The position numbers were made by a program, and so were the translations under genes. The notes under the pieces were generated by a model. It made no database searches. It saw nothing but the letters and a program-made list of their open reading frames with translations, and was not told the origin of the DNA. This document shows, piece after piece, positions 62,650 through 64,000 of a stretch of DNA of 64,000 nt. The first letter of the stretch is position 1. Each line of letters opens with the position of its first letter. The DNA comes from Clostridia bacterium (GTDB lineage: Bacteria; Bacillota; Clostridia; RGIG6154). The stretch lies in NCBI GenBank assembly GCA_045605445.1, contig JAZUPZ010000024.1:1956-65955 (forward strand). The letters are read 5' to 3'.

Positions 62650-64000
62650 TCAGCGGTTTTTAATAAATTGGGTTATGATTTTTTCTGCTTCTTTATTATT
62701 ATCACAAATGCAAAGAACGGCAAAATCGCCGGTTATTATTACAACGGGATTTTCAAGCTTTGCCATTTCCTGAGGCATATAGCTTTCATATGCCTTTCTT
62801 TTTACCTCAATACGCTCGTTGATTTTTTTCTCTACAAGCTTTTTCATTTCCTTTCCCGAAAACTCAAAAATGGCAATTTCCTCGGCAGTGCTTCCTCCCC
62901 CTGCCATTACACATCCGTCAAGAAGGCTTTCGGGCTCAATACCGTAGAGAAATTTAACAGAATTTATTCCAGCCTCTGAAAGCTTGTCCTTAAAGGCAAC
63001 TCCTTCAACAAGGGCTTTTGCCAGCTTATGAGGGTTATATTTTCCACCCCCTGCAAAACGGGCGTTTTTTATTTCATCCGTTTTGCCTTCTCCGTACACG
63101 GGAACTGCATGACTTTTAAGATAGTTATACCAGTCCTTGTAATTATCGGGTTTAAGATGAACCCCGTCGGTTGTTATTTCCTCTTTAAGGTAACCCTCAT
63201 CATCGGCAACAGCCTCGTACACCTTAAGAAAATAAACATTTTTCTCTTTGGCAAGCTTTAAAAGGGCATCGTTCATTTTATAAATTACGCTGTTTTTAAT
63301 ATCGCCCTTTTTCTCTCTTTCCCTTGAAACGGGGAAAAGAGACTGAATATAAACCGGGCTTTTGGGATTGCTTTCCTTAATTGCATCAATCAAAGCTCCG
63401 TAATTTTTTATAAATGCGGGAATTTCCTCTTCCGAGGAAATGCTGTCGTTAAGACCCAGCATTATATAAAACTTTCCGCCCTTTGTGGTTTTAATCTGCT
63501 CTGCAATGCTTACGCCGTTTGCCGAAAGGGCAGACATAACGCCGGTTACGGAAATTCCCGTGTTGCTCAGGAAGGTTCCGCCCGCCTCTGCATAAAGCTT
63601 AAGCCCGTCGGTTAACGAATCGCCGATAAACACCGCATCGGCAAAATAAGAATCTTCTACCCTTTCGCCCTTTTTAACCTCTCCGCCAAGAGTTTTCAAA
63701 TGAGCAGAGGAGTTAATTATTTCAGTTATTTTTGAAAGGCTGCCGTCGGTAGCAAAGGTTGAAATTCCCTGAAGCACCAGAATATCGTTTACGCTGAATT
63801 TATAAAGCTCCTCAAACAAATCGCCGTTGAAATACCTTAAATCAATCATATAAATAGTTTCAAAATGATTTGCAAGAAAGGGCACAATGTTATTTGCATA
63901 GGAATCTTTAATTATTGCAAGCCTTCTTCCGTTTTTAACAGAGCTTGTTACAGTTGCAACTGCGTAGTTTCCGCCCATAAAAAAGGCATATTTATCCTTT
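62650..64000 (-). CDS. Partial multidomain protein: DHHW/AlgX-like C-terminus, SGNH/GDSL domain and DUF4358-like domain (start outside window)
   Basis: IIKDSYAN...IDLRYF; FIGDSL...GLND...DGVH; AEEIAIFE...YESYMPQE; frame open to the window edge. Confidence 0.75.
   Translation of the reverse strand, partial: KDKYAFFMGGNYAVATVTSSVKNGRRLAIIKDSYANNIVPFLANHFETIYMIDLRYFNGDLFEELYKFSVNDILVLQGISTFATDGSLSKITEIINSSAHLKTLGGEVKKGERVEDSYFADAVFIGDSLTDGLKLYAEAGGTFLSNTGISVTGVMSALSANGVSIAEQIKTTKGGKFYIMLGLNDSISSEEEIPAFIKNYGALIDAIKESNPKSPVYIQSLFPVSREREKKGDIKNSVIYKMNDALLKLAKEKNVYFLKVYEAVADDEGYLKEEITTDGVHLKPDNYKDWYNYLKSHAVPVYGEGKTDEIKNARFAGGGKYNPHKLAKALVEGVAFKDKLSEAGINSVKFLYGIEPESLLDGCVMAGGGSTAEEIAIFEFSGKEMKKLVEKKINERIEVKRKAYESYMPQEMAKLENPVVIITGDFAVLCICDNNKEAEKIITQFIKNR

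Noticed and set aside
1-64000. Autonomous IS, integrase or RAYT explaining the repeats
   Set aside because: No ORF with DDE, HUH/Y1, tyrosine or serine recombinase motifs was recognised in this window.

Overview
Chromosomal window from a low-GC Firmicute. The gene set (SpoVB-like flippase, copper-amine-oxidase-N-domain surface proteins, GGGtGRT operon, class III RNR) points to an anaerobic Clostridia member, probably gut or rumen; this is an inference. Housekeeping content: xpt (partial), cls, yhbY, apgM, yggS, mreB, rpsF-ssb-rpsR, a greA-like gene, an RluA-family synthase, nrdDG, uraA-upp and four tRNAs (Ser-TGA, Ser-GCT, Asp-GTC, Thr-GGT). Glycan-use genes: two GH39-like, GH88-kduD-kduI, two large GH74/BNR propeller proteins and a sialidase-fold protein. 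There is one MntA/HepT toxin-antitoxin pair. No integrase, transposase, reverse transcriptase or cas gene is visible. The unexplained signal is intergenic. (1) A four-helix-bundle (Avd/IVS-like) gene is embedded in arrays of variable mini-hairpins joined by a constant ATTTCAT/ATGAAAT linker, and gene-less arrays of the same design occur elsewhere. (2) A covarying ~150-nt structured element lies just 3' of tRNA genes, with ends matching the adjacent tRNA. (3) A family of long GTAC-tipped hairpins sits next to stop codons in a fixed polarity, two of them behind small XRE genes. (4) Riboswitch/attenuator-like leaders precede xpt and a surface-protein gene. Two genes appear to start at ATA. All structures were paired by eye; no searches or folding programs were run.
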